Part shown: positions 12,733 through 26,000 of the stretch, piece by piece
Layout of the letters: each line of letters opens with the position of its first letter
Position numbering within the stretch: the first letter of the stretch is position 1
Assembly (NCBI RefSeq): GCF_001194135.2
Contig: NC_068981.1
Coordinates: forward strand, 90,486,052-90,550,051
Reading direction: 5' to 3'
Length of the DNA: 64,000 nt
From: Octopus bimaculoides
Taxonomy: Eukaryota
Notes under the pieces: generated by a model
Databases searched by the model: none
Told to the model about the DNA's origin: nothing
What the model saw: only the letters and a program-made list of their open reading frames with translations
Position numbers and translations under genes: made by a program

Positions 12733-15700
12733 CATATATATAGGTGTAGGCATGGCTGTGTGACAAGCAGCTGGCTTCCCAACCACATGGTTCCAGATTC
12801 AGTCCCACTGCTTGATACCTTGGGTAAGTGTCTTCTACTATAGCCTCAGGCTGACAAAAGCCTTGTGAGTAGATTTGGTAGATGGAAACTGAAAGAAACC
12901 CATCGTATAAGATGCATCAGATGTGGTGTGCAAGAGAGATGACTGCGTTGGTATGGTTATGTGATGTGTATAGACAAGGACAGCTGTGAGAAGAAGTGCT
13001 GAACGGTGGAGGGAACCTGTGGAAGAAGTAGATTCAGAAAGACATGGGACAAGGTGGTAGAGCATGATCTTTCAATGTTGGGCCTCATGTAGGTAATGAC
13101 AAGTAACTGAGACCTTTAACAATATGCCGTGCTTGAGAAGATCCATCAAGTTGAGTGAGATGGTAGTCATGGTCGATGCCAGTGTCTCGTAACTGGTATG
13201 TAAAAAGCACCCTTCAAACGCTGGGAAATATGCTGTACTTGAGAAGACCTGTCAAGCCGAAGTGGGATCATCATAGCCGGTGTTATGTAACTGGCACCTG
13301 TGCCAGTAGCACACGTAAAAAGCACCCACTACACTCTTGGAGTGGTTGGCATTTGGAAGGGTATCTAACTGTAGAAACCAGGTCAAATCAGAATGGAACC
13401 TGGTGCAGCTCCCCAGCTTGGCAGTTTTCATTCAAACTGTCCAACCCATGCCATCATGGAAAACAGATGTTAAATGATGATGGTGATGATGATGATAATG
13501 ATGATGATGATGAATGTATGTATTTATGTGTGTGTCAGTGTTTATATATGTACACATACACACATACACAATGACCATACGCATACACACACACATAATA
13601 TACACATGACAGGCTTCTCCCAGTTTCTGTCTACAAAACTGCTCACAAGTCTTTGGTCCATCTAGGGCTATAGTAATGTGCTGTGCTGGGAGACTGAACC
13701 TAGAAGCGTAGATTTAGGGAGCAAACTTCCTCACCACACACTCATGTATTTGTTATTTGAACAAGGTAAAGGTTTATCGTGACTTCAAAGTTGCAACTCT
13801 GCTGCCTTTGTTGGACTGACAACTGTGGGGTAATTTTGAAGTCACTGTCAATGATTGCCTAATAAGAATAAGAGGGATGTGATTCTCGACTTAAATGTAT
13901 TAAGTGATCCTTCAGTTAATGTTTAACTGTTTTTATATGAAAGACACATAAAAATAAACACACACACATGTATGTAAGGCGCAGGAGTGACTGTGTGGTA
14001 AGTAGCTTGCTTACCAACCACATGGTTCCGGGTTCAGTCCCACTGCGTGGCACCTTGGGCTAGTGTCTTTTACTATAGCCTCAGGCCGACCAAAACCTTG
14101 TGAGTGGATTTGGTAGATGGAAACTGAAAGAGCCTGTCGTATATATGTGTGTTTGTGTGTCTGTGTTTGTCCCCCCATCATTGCTTGACAACCAATGCTG
14201 GTGTGTTTACGTCTTCGTAACTTAGCAGTTCGGCAAAAAGAGACCGATAGAATAAGTACTAAGCTTACAAAGAATAAGTCCTGGGGTCGATTTTCTCAAC
14301 TAAAGGCGGTGCTCCAGCATGGCCGCAGTCAAATGACTGAAACAAGTAAAAGAGTAAAAGAGAGTAAAGAGTACACACACACACACACACACACACAATA
14401 AACATTCACATGCACATACACGTATACACATACATGTGCATGGTGACATGCATACAAATTCAATGGCAGTTTTAGCTAAATGTATTTAAGTGATATGTTT
14501 ATGAATCTGTTTTGCATGATTCATGATGTGAAACTGTGTGTTCAAGGTGATATTGTTATATTTCAGGGCTTTCATTTTTTTTTTAATAAATGAGTGAAGA
14601 ATGAATAGTTAGTACATGTGTTTATTTGACAAAAAAAAAAACCATCCCAAAATATAACAATATTTAAGTGATAATTCTCTAAATTTCCATTTCTCATGTT
14701 TATATTTTATTGACAGAAATCAAAGAATTCTACAAAGTTGCCAAAGCAGAAAAAGGGACAGCATTGTTTATTCTACTCACTGGTTCTGATGCAGCTTATT
14801 TGTAAGATAAGCTACATTTTCTTTCTATGAATTAAGTCATTGTATGTTAGAATTATCAGGCCTTGGTCTTATCACTTTTATTTCTTTACTGCTGGAAGTT
14901 ACTAAAACCTGTTCATTTGAAACTCAAGAAATCTTATCATACCATTCTCTCCTCCCATGTTTATGTATTTGTTTTGAAAGATTCTTGAAGTGAAACGGTT
15001 TGTTGAAACAGATATTTTTATACATGGGGATGGTCATCATTTGCCAATTTCCATTTTGTCTTTCCGTTAGAAAGACAAAATGGATATACAGGACAAAAGA
15101 AGACATATGGGACAGAAAGTTTTCGAAGAGGTCACAGAATGTACAACAAAAGAACTTAGACAAATAAACTAAAAACAGAAATAACAAGAGCACTCAGAGA
15201 TCGCAAACCTTCACCAAGGCAACACCAACGTCCTCTCAACGAATAACCAGAGATAATTTTTAATATGAGAAAATCTGAAATAAACTCAGAAATGAGAATG
15301 CTAAAAATGAACCCAGCTGCTCTCAAAAATCAAGTAAAAAAGCAGAAAAATAAATCCAGAATCCTTGCCCAGTACTGGATCGATCCCAAAATCTAATCAG
15401 TTTATGCCAAGCATAAAGCCAAACATCCCTGAAAGCTTCATCTGAATCCATCCAGTGGTTCTTGAGATATCTTGTCCACGGACAAACTAACAAACAAACA
15501 AGCAAACATGACTGAAAACAATACCTCCTCCTTTGCTAAGGCAGAGGTAATAAAGCTAAAGTGAAGACCAAATAAATAGTGTGTATGCTTAATTAAGCAA
15601 AAGATGACCATCCCCAAGCATAACATTCTCTTTTCATCTTCCAGCATTTCTCTGGTTTTTGTAACAAACTCCATTTACATCATAATCAAGTCATCCTTTC

Positions 15701-17645
15701 TTTTCTTTTACTTAACTTGTTGGTATGAAAAACATTGAAAACCAGCTAATGTATTCAGCCTAGCTGACATACCATTTCTTTTTATTTCTTATTGTTTTAG
15801 AACTCTTTTGATTCTTATTTGCCTGACACTGCCCTTGGTGCTATGATAAAAATAAAAAAAACTTTTTGCTTAGAGTGATCTAAAATAATTTGTGTTCCAA
15901 ACACCAATCCTTCATTATTTTCAAAATTGTTTACAACAAAGGCAGCATACTTCAACAGGAATATAATAACAAAAGGGATGATGCCTTAATCAGTGGTAGA
16001 AATGCAGTGTCCACACCACTTTCCAAGGCCCCTGTCATTGGCAGGAAAAGAGAAAATTATCGTTGGATCAAAGACCTGTACTGAAAATTAGAAAGACTAT
16101 TATTGTTGTTGTTGTTATTGTTGCTGTCATCGTTGTCATTGCTACCACCAATAAAATAAAGTACCAGTCAACTACTCAGGTCAATGTAATTCATTTTCTC
16201 CCCATCCCTGCCAAAATTACAGACCTTGTACTAAAAATTAGAAAGTATTATTATTTAATAATGTTGTATAATATATATTTTAAGCTAGGATATGACTTTT
16301 AAGTCACTGACCCAGAATGGGAAGATCTGTAAACAGACCTCTGACTTGTTTTGGAGAATCTGTTGCAATTGCTTCCTCCAGAGTCATATCCCAATGATGA
16401 TCATATTCATCAGAAAAAAAATCCCCAAAAATAATCACTGAATTTTGCAATTAATTTCAGTTTTTCCCAAAATTTATTTCCAAGTTATAAAAACTGTTAT
16501 ACAAAGAAATTTATCGCAAAAAATCACCAAAACCAATTGCAGTAATGAAAACTTGTGAATCCAAAATTTCAGGATTGCGGGTCCGGATTCAGATCAGAAT
16601 GCTTTTAATTTACTCAAGGAGTCGGCCTGATTCCAAAATGGTATGATATGTTGGGCTACGGTCTCTAAGAGTAAAGTTGAAAAGGTGTGGACACACTGAC
16701 ATTTGCACTTATTATATTAAAAGATGAAATATTTATTCCATTTACTTGTTATTTATTGGCAGTGGCCATCTACAACAAGTGGCTGTACCTTCTGTGTTGA
16801 CTCTCAAGTGGACAAACCAAGATCTGTCAATCAGCAAAATGGTTGACCAGTTTTCTGCACCAGCAATGACAACATTTGTGAAAAATTCTTATAAATCTCA
16901 TTTTGTAAGTATTCTTTTTATTTCAGCTTCATTCTTTAATGATCGCAGTAGAATTCTATCCATTATCATCATTATTATCCATTTATTCAAGAGATTCTCA
17001 GTGTGGGTGGTACCATCCCCAAGGGGGCACTGGACATGTCGAAGGGGGCATTAGGCTTTAGGTTGTGGTAAGGTAACATAATTAACATACTAAATTTTAC
17101 CTGTTGTAGTAATTATTTTATGCATAATAAAACTAGTGATGTTACATTTCGGGATGGTCATTTTGTTTTTCTTGCCAAATAAACACATGCACTATATATT
17201 TGTTCTTCACTCTATTATTATTCTTATTTTATCTTATGTCCAATGTCTGGAAATCTTTCATCACACATCAAGGACCTCTTCAGCAACTCTTCTATCTCAC
17301 GAAACCAAATTAGTAATGGTTATAAAAATAAAGTGAGATCACATCAGGCACAGTAAAGTTATTAACTTTCAATGTATAAAGTAAATTTAAGTGGATGCTA
17401 GGCATAACGATTACTTAAAAGGTTGGTGAAGGGGAGGGGGCTACAAAATAAAAAAAAAAAGGTTAAGAACCATTGATCTATCCAAATCTTACAGTAGATC
17501 ACCAGCAAGTCATGTGACCAATTACCTATGCATTAGAGGCCAGTCCAAACTGACATAATCTATGTATTATTCATCTTCTCAAGACTGACTAGAGTTTTAC
17601 ATAACACCACTGCTACCACCTATCACTCTCTCTCCCTCCATATTA

Positions 17646-17681
<36 letters not shown>

Positions 17682-17691
17682 NNNNNNNNNN

Positions 17692-17727
<36 letters not shown>

Positions 17728-20023
17728 AAACTTTAACGTAATTACCTATCTGAAATAGAGATATCATCAAGTTAGTGTTTATGGTTCCCATAGAAATAGC
17801 CGGTGTCATAATATATCTCCTGACTGAAATGAATTATGTAAATGAGTTATACGGTGTCACTCAAATGCCTACAACTTAGTATATGTTTTGTTTACATTAA
17901 TAAACTTTTATAAATTAAGTAAAAAAATACAATAGATGCAAAATGGGTAAATTAATGTGCAATTAATTTTCAAAAATACGTCAATGATTAAATGCATTCC
18001 ATGCATGTTTTCTATTGAAGGGGTTAGGGGTAAACCTATTCAGTAGTAGGGCATAGTGCATAAATGCTTTAATGTAATATCTAACATATTTGATATTTTA
18101 TATATAAGTAAACAAGACCATAAAGGAAAAATTTGAGAAATAAAATTTGTAATTTAACTGAGAGGGTAATGTAATGTAAAATAAAACTGTGATTAGTAAA
18201 TTCGGTGGAGAGGAAAGAAACGAAAACGGAAACTTTAATTGAAATATCAAGCACTGAAGGAACAAGCGTGAAAATATGAAAATATTTTAAAAATATACGA
18301 TAATAGGTAATAATTTATAAAAAATATATGGGAAGCTATTGCAAGTTCTAGCGAATAATAGATTAGTTAATTACTAAATTATTAAGTAAATAAATTATGG
18401 GTTAATTAAAAAAAATTAATTTAAAAATTGATGGGAAGTAAATAAAATTAAGTTACATAATTGAAGTCAATATTATGTGTTTATAGTTAAATTAAAGTAA
18501 AAAAAAAAATGTAAAAATAAAGTAAAAATACAGTAGGATAGAACATGAAAGTTAAAAGGATGAACGATAACGAAAAAAGTCAACATATTTGTTAATTAAG
18601 AGAAGGGCTTAAAAATATTTCATAAAATTTCAGAGAAAGGAGTATTAAAGCATTGCAAAATATTCTTATTCAACGTAATGGCATTAGCCGTTAATATAGG
18701 AGCATGGAAATGAACAAAAAGTCTTAAAGCATAAGAGTGATAAAGACAGAAAATAGAAAAGGCAAAATTAGGCTGGTGTTTAAAATAAAAGAAATAATTA
18801 AAAATAAGTATGAAAAGTAAAGTTGGAGATTTAGTAATAAGACACTAGAAATTGTAAGATAAATAATCTAAATAAGATATAAAAATTTAATTTAGAAGAT
18901 GCAGAAGTTAGGCCTATACATACATACATACATACATACATACATACATACATACGTACATACATACGTGCATACATACCTGCATGTATATATGTGCATA
19001 TACATACGTAGAAATACACACACACAGATAAATCTCTTTCTATGTTGAATTAAATAAGAATATGACTACTAAAGTAGCTACAAGTGCCTTAAGTGGAAGA
19101 ATGTACCAAGTCGTTTCTATTCATATAAATTTCGGTGTTCTGATTTGTGGGATTAATATACAAAAATTTCTATTTGAAGCAATTACATATTAGTAAGGAG
19201 CAGCTTAAGTGAAAATTAGTTTATTTGTGGATAGTTTACAGATTCGAAGAGAAATATTCCTAATTAAATTTTTAATAACGCTCTTAGAGTAGTTTCCACC
19301 CCGTCAGACAGTTGAAAGAATTTAAAAGAGATTTAAAGCGCCTTGTAGGTACCTGTCCCTCCATTGGTCAGTTCAGATCACATGGGTTTTTAGCCTATCA
19401 GGGCCACATTATTTCAAATTATATTTTTAGGTTGACGAGTTTTAGAAAAGATGTTGTCGTCATCTTGCCGGCATTCAGCAAAACCTGCTTATTACTTTGG
19501 CTACTGCACATGGCGGGGTAGGCAAGATGCTGGCTCGACCAGAATGATGTCTAGTTATTTGATTGGTACCAACATCTTGCCTACTCTACAATGTACAATA
19601 TTCAGTGAAATACACGTACCACTGAATATATTATCATGCAGAATGTCGACAAAGTATTGCTAACATCCTGTCTGCGATAGGTGAGATGATGTTGCATTGA
19701 CAGCATAAAGAACCACGTATCTGGAATTGACTAATGGAAGCCTAAATACTATTAACAAGCCATTATAGATTTCTTTAAATTCTATCCTCTCTGTACTCCA
19801 AACTTCTGGAGAGCTGTCCCTAATTTTCGACCACAAATTAATGTGGGCTGAGTTAAACTGTTTTTAGATACAGGTAACTCCAACCAAGCGTGTTGAGAGC
19901 TACACTCTTCCACATGTATATCCAGTAAAAGAAGTGTTCTTATTGCATGATAGCATATCATAACTGGTAACCGTAGAAAAGCTTTCAACTGCACGTTATG
20001 AGGTCATTAACCAAATGATATTA

Positions 20024-20066
<43 letters not shown>

Positions 20067-23000
20067 TGCCCAAGAATAGTATGTGTTTGGTTGAAGATAG
20101 TATGACACTAAGCCATCATCCGGTGGCTGTACTCTATCAAATGTATTGCGTAATCCTTCAAATGCAAAACTATTTTTATTACACACATACCCGCAATGCT
20201 AGAAACAGCAACCAAAATCTCATTCAAAATGTTCACTTTGTTGGAAAACTTTTGAAGGTAGGCCTCGATATGAGCCGTCTTGGGCCTAAACAATAACAAC
20301 AAAAGCAACAACCACATCTCGCCATTACCAACACCAACAACAAACACAATCACAACAACAATAATTAACAGAATTCAGTGTTTATGTGCCAAAGGGATAA
20401 TATTTTGAAGTAAAATTCTTTGACAGACAATCTGTTCGAGAATTCGATACAAAATAGATGTGTCTAATATGATGATAGATCAAATATTGACTTTATACAA
20501 GTTGTATAAAGCAATTGGAAGGATTTTAGCTCAAGAACAGCCTGGTTCGAAAAGAAAAACAGTAATTAAACTGCTCCAGCTAGGTCCGTCCTGTTTTATT
20601 CATAGTTGAAATATGGCTGTATCTAATGTATTTTTTTAATAAAGCAAGATTCTCTCTTTCCACTTTTTGACATGATGCAATACCAGTTGTTGTACAAGTG
20701 TCTCTACCACGATCCTACCATTTCTAAAACTTGTAGATTTGTGACAATGAAAAGAACTAGATTATAATGGCGACAAAAACACAGAAACGCTAGTGTGCTA
20801 AATAAAATATTTTGTTTGCCTCCCTTGACATTCTGAATTTAAATCCCAGAGAGACGAGCTTCGCTTTCATTCTTCAGTGAGTCGATTAAATATGTATCAG
20901 TAATGTAACAAGGCCGAATAAAATCATTACAATGCCAAACTTAGAAATCGATATTGGACAAAGATCAAACCAGGAATCTCCTAATGGACTTACGTGTACT
21001 GTAATTATTACAGTAAGACGACACACTCATTCGTTCGACCTGCTTAGAATGAGCAAACATACCTCCATCATACTACTCGTCATTGTCTCAGTAAACAAGA
21101 CAGTAGAGTAGAAGACGCACTAGATAATGTATATAGAAAAGAGAGGGAATAATCACGACTAGCAGGTCTTTGATCATATATGTCTAGTAAATGAGCGCTG
21201 ACGTGGGGGGGGGGGTAGAGTTAATAAACAAACTTAATTTAATTTTATCATTGAAATTATTACCGTATTTTCCATCAAATAAGTTGAATTTTTTAGATTA
21301 AATTTAGTCAAAAAATGTTAGGTCGACTTATACACAAGGACACACTTTAGAGGACCAAGTATTCGATGTGAAATACAGCTGGATTTGGAAAGCTAGTAAC
21401 GATGTTTAAATGTTTAGATATATTACATAGAGCTGTATGCAGGAAAGTACAATATCGACATTACGGCAGCCAGCTGGCATAATTGGTAGAGAGTCTGGAA
21501 AAAAATTGCTTTTCAATATTTCTCCCACNNNNNNNNNNNNNNNNNNNNNNNNNNNNNNNNNNNNNNNNNNNNNNNNNNNNNNNNNNNNNNNNNNNNNNNN
21601 NNNNNNNNNNNNNNNNNNNNNNNNNNNNNNNNNNNNNNNNNNNNNNNNNNNNNNNNNNNNNNNNNNNNNNNNNNNNNNNNNNNNNNNNNNNNNNNNNNNN
21701 NNNNNNNNNNNNNNNNNNNNNNNNNNNNNNNNNNNNNNNNNNNNNNNNNNNNNNNNNNNNNNNNNNNNNNNNNNNNNNNNNNNNNNNNNNNNNNNNNNNN
21801 NNNNNNNNNNNNNNNNNNNNNNNNNNNNNNNNNNNNNNNNNNNNNNNNNNNNNNNNNNNNNNNNNNNNNNNNNNNNNNNNNNNNNNNNNNNNNNNNNNNN
21901 NNNNNNNNNNNNNNNNNNNNNNNNNNNNNNNNNNNNNNNNNNNNNNNNNNNNNNNNNNNNNNNNNNNNNNNNNNNNNNNNNNNNNNNNNNNNNNNNNNNN
22001 NNNNNNNNNNNNNNNNNNNNNNNNNNNNNNNNNNNNNNNNNNNNNNNNNNNNNNNNNNNNNNNNNNNNNNNNNNNNNNNNNNNNNNNNNNNNNNNNNNNN
22101 NNNNNNNNNNNNNNNNNNNNNNNNNNNNNNNNNNNNNNNNNNNNNNNNNNNNNNNNNNNNNNNNNNNNNNNCAAAATAAATAAAAAAAAGAATTTTATTG
22201 GTATTATATCCAATATGAAAGCAGAATCGTTAGCACGCTGGACAAAATGCTTACCGCTATTTCGTTCATATTCACATTTTGAGTTCAAATTTCGCCGAGA
22301 TTGACTTTGCTTTTCATGTTATCAGAGTCAATGAAATAAGCACTAGCTGAACGCGTGGCCTAATGATTAATGCGTTGCATTCACAATCACCACATTATGG
22401 GTTCGATTCCTTGACCGGGTGACGTGATGTGTTCTCGAGCTAAACACTTCATTTCACGTTGCCCTAGAGCAGTCTGGGGACCGGGATGCCAAGGAATAAA
22501 CTCAACGTTTCCACTGCCTGTCAGTTAATGTGACAAAACGAGGTTGAGGTTTTAGTTGCACTCCGACCTCGTAAAATCCTCACCAGCAACGACTACCCAA
22601 GCATACCCTCTAGTTGGAGGGTTGTCACCTGAGTGCCACAAAGATGTCATCCGCTAGAAGAGTAGAGAATCACCAATAAATGGTGGATGCAGTGACGTGC
22701 TGTTACAGCGCATGCACACACACACTCCATATTACTGCTACTAGCAGTGGAGTCGATGCACTCGACTAACTAACCTCCCCAATATGTTTGGCCTTGTGCC
22801 TATACCAGAAATGATATAGTAGCTTTAATGAATACATGGATTTTAGATTGCTGACAAAAGCATCTATTAAAATTTGTTGCTTCTTTCCCTTTGACCTTAG
22901 CTGAGTTTTGAAGGAGTAAAAATGATGTTATTGTTTTATTGTGTCAGTTTATTAAACATTGCAACAGAAACGTGTCACGTATTACAGGATATCACATGTT

Positions 23001-26000
23001 GATACGATAAAGAAAACACGATTAACATCAAATAAATGAAACTGCGTGCGCTCACGTGTGTGTTAGTGTATGTGTGAAGGTGAGTCTCTAGCTCTGAGTC
23101 TTAGCTCTGAGAGCTAAAACAAAATGATCAAAAGAATGTCAGATAAATACTCGCACACGCGATTCTATGCTTACATATATATATACACACACAAACACAC
23201 ACACACACATACACGCGCACGATCACACGCACACACACACACTAACATGCACGTACACTTACATAGTCACACACATACACACAGACGGACATATATATAG
23301 AGAGAGAGAAATACTACAAACACGAAAATATCATTAATTGTTAATTGAAAAATGTTCGTATGTTTATATGAGGGATTTTGTTATAAGAAGAAAAGTGAAA
23401 GAAGATAATAGAAAGAAAAAAATAATTAATTTTAGAGAGAAAAAAATGCCCTTACAAGGGCAGCAACAATGAATAAATGTCAAAAAATAATCAAGCAGAT
23501 GTCAATTAACTGTTAAAAAGTTGAAAATTGAATAAAACTAAATATAACAAGTTATGAAGGAAGAGCTGTACTGTATTAAAGAAAACTTTGTTAACAAATT
23601 CTCATCTGTTGTTGACACATTTGAAATCCGGTGTGATGTGTTTGCGCATGCGCTTGCGTATTAATGTGTGAGAGTGCCTTAGCATTTATAAGTGTGATTG
23701 TACGATCGGACGAGGGTGTCGTTAGGTGATGTATATGTGTGTTTGTATCTTTCCACGTGTGTGACATCAAACAGACTAAAAGACACTAAATAAACAACGT
23801 GTATATGTATGAGAAAGTGTGTGCGCCCACGAGTAATTATGTGTATGCACGTGCGCGTATGTGTGCGTGTGCGTGTGTGTTTGTGTTAAGTGTTTCAAGA
23901 ATATTTTGAGCGTCTTTCATCTTTTAATTTTTACTTGTTTCACTTATTAGACTGCGGTCATGCAGGAGCACCACTTTGTCGAATGAATCGACCCCCCCCC
24001 CCAGTAAATGCCGGACTATACGTAGTCATTATAAAATGCCGGAGTATATGTAGACACTGTAAAGAGACTGTCTATATGTACATGGGATGATTAAACAGTT
24101 ACGCATAGAACCTGAAACATAAAAATGTCAATAAAAATATAGACCTTTACAAGTTAGAATNNNNNNNNNNNNNNNNNNNNNNNNNNNNNNNNNNNNNNNN
24201 NNNNNNNNNNNNNNNNNNNNNNNNNNNNNNNNNNNNNNNNNNNNNNNNNNNNNNNNNNNNNNNNNNNNNNNNNNNNNNNNNNNNNNNNNNNNNNNNNNNN
24301 NNNNNNNNNNNNNNNNNNNNNNNNNNNNNNNNNNNNNNNNNNNNNNNNNNNNNNNNNNNNNNNNNNNNNNNNNNNNNNNNNNNNNNNNNNNNNNNNNNNN
24401 NNNNNNNNNNNNNNNNNNNNNNNNNGCGAAAACACCTAAAACTCCACGAGGCTCCGGCAGGGGATGGTGGCGAACCCTGCTGTACTTTTTCACCACAATT
24501 TTCTCTCACTCCTACTTCCTGTTTTTGTTGTGCCTGTAATTCAAAGGGTCAGCCTTGTCACACTGTGTCACGCTGAATATCCCCGAGAACTACGTTAAGG
24601 GTACACGTGTCTGTGGAGTGCTCAGCCACTTGCACGTTAATTTCACGAGCAGGCTGTTCCGTTGATCGGATCAACTGGAACCCTCGACGTCGTAAGCGAC
24701 GGAGTGCCATCATGTATGTGTGTGTGTGTGTGTGTGTCTGTGTCTGTGTGTGTAAATCTCGAGCAAAGAGAATAAGTGCTCAACACCGCATTGGTGAATA
24801 AAATTTCTTTATTTGTGTATTAAGGCTATCATAGGTTTCATGTTAAAAAGATAACTTAATATCCGAACAATTTTTCAAGTCGATCATATGGAAGAATGGT
24901 GTTCGTCTCCAAAATGTGAGAATGAATAATATGCAGTGTGTTGTGCAAATCGATGTGTAATTATTTCCCTAGTTTTGTGTGAGTGTGTGTGTATGTGGGT
25001 GTATGTGTGTACGTTTATGTGCCATGACAATGGATAATGCAGCTGTATTTGTATACATATATGTGCGAGTGTGTGTGCGTGTATGTGTTCGTATGCGAAG
25101 ATCAGGGTTTGTCTGGTATTTTGTGAAAAAACTTACTACGCCTATGTATATGTATGTGGGTAAAAGTTTCTGCAGTCCTTTTTACACGTGAGTGTGTCTA
25201 AGTACGTCGATGTGTCTATGTGTCTGCATGTTCATGGATGATGTGTGTTTGTTAGTGTGTGTATGTGTCTGTGTGTGTGTGTGTGAGTGTGTTTATTTGT
25301 GTGTGTGTGTGTGTGTGTGNNNNNNNNNNNNNNNNNNNNNNNNNNNNNNNNNNNNNNNNNNNNNNNNNNNNNNNNNNNNNNNNNNNNNNNNNNNNNNNNN
25401 NNNNNNNNNNNNNNNNNNNTTGTGACTAATCATTTTTTTGTCTCTTAACTCTTAGATGGAACTTTTTCCAGACATTTTGCCCAAACTCCTACAATCTGGG
25501 CAGCCACTTGTAATTCTGTTTATAAAATCTATGGAGGAAGATTCCTATTCAAATATTCAGCAGTTGTCTATGTCTAAGCTTGGTCAAGAAATGGTTTTCA
25601 CTTGGATAAATGTGTAAGTATGCTATATTTCATCTTTTAATAACAACCACAAAATAGGCTTCATTATGGGCAGAGTGGACTTTTTAAATATATAACATTA
25701 GAAAGGGCATCCAGCTGTAGAAACCATGCCAAAACAGACATGGAGCCTGGGCAGCTCTTCAGCTGGCCAGCTCCTGTCAAACTGCCCTACCCATGCCAGC
25801 ATGGATAATGGATGTTAAATGATAATGATGAATAAGAAGTTAAACCCTTTAACATTTAGGTTACTCTGTCGAATGTAATGCTTGTCTATTCACATTGCTT
25901 TGGATTAAGCATGATTTATCTCATAGCTTTGTGATTTTGATGATGTGATTAGAATGACATTGTAGGGTAGGTATGAGAGGCCGGTCAGAACATAAAACAG

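Noticed and set aside
17725-18900. Very AT-rich, A-skewed stretch suspected to be a NUMT
   Set aside because: No recognisable mitochondrial protein, rRNA or tRNA motif on either strand.
19782-19994. 70-aa - strand ORF near the miRNA hairpin
   Set aside because: No ATG start, no recognisable domain, no convincing splice context.
22345-22440. tRNA-like A/B boxes
   Set aside because: A SINE head (no acceptor stem or cloverleaf), not a tRNA gene; the same applies to the other SINE heads.
23643-23653. Perfect NRF1-like TGCGCATGCGC
   Set aside because: Embedded in decayed (GT)n sequence with no supporting promoter motifs.
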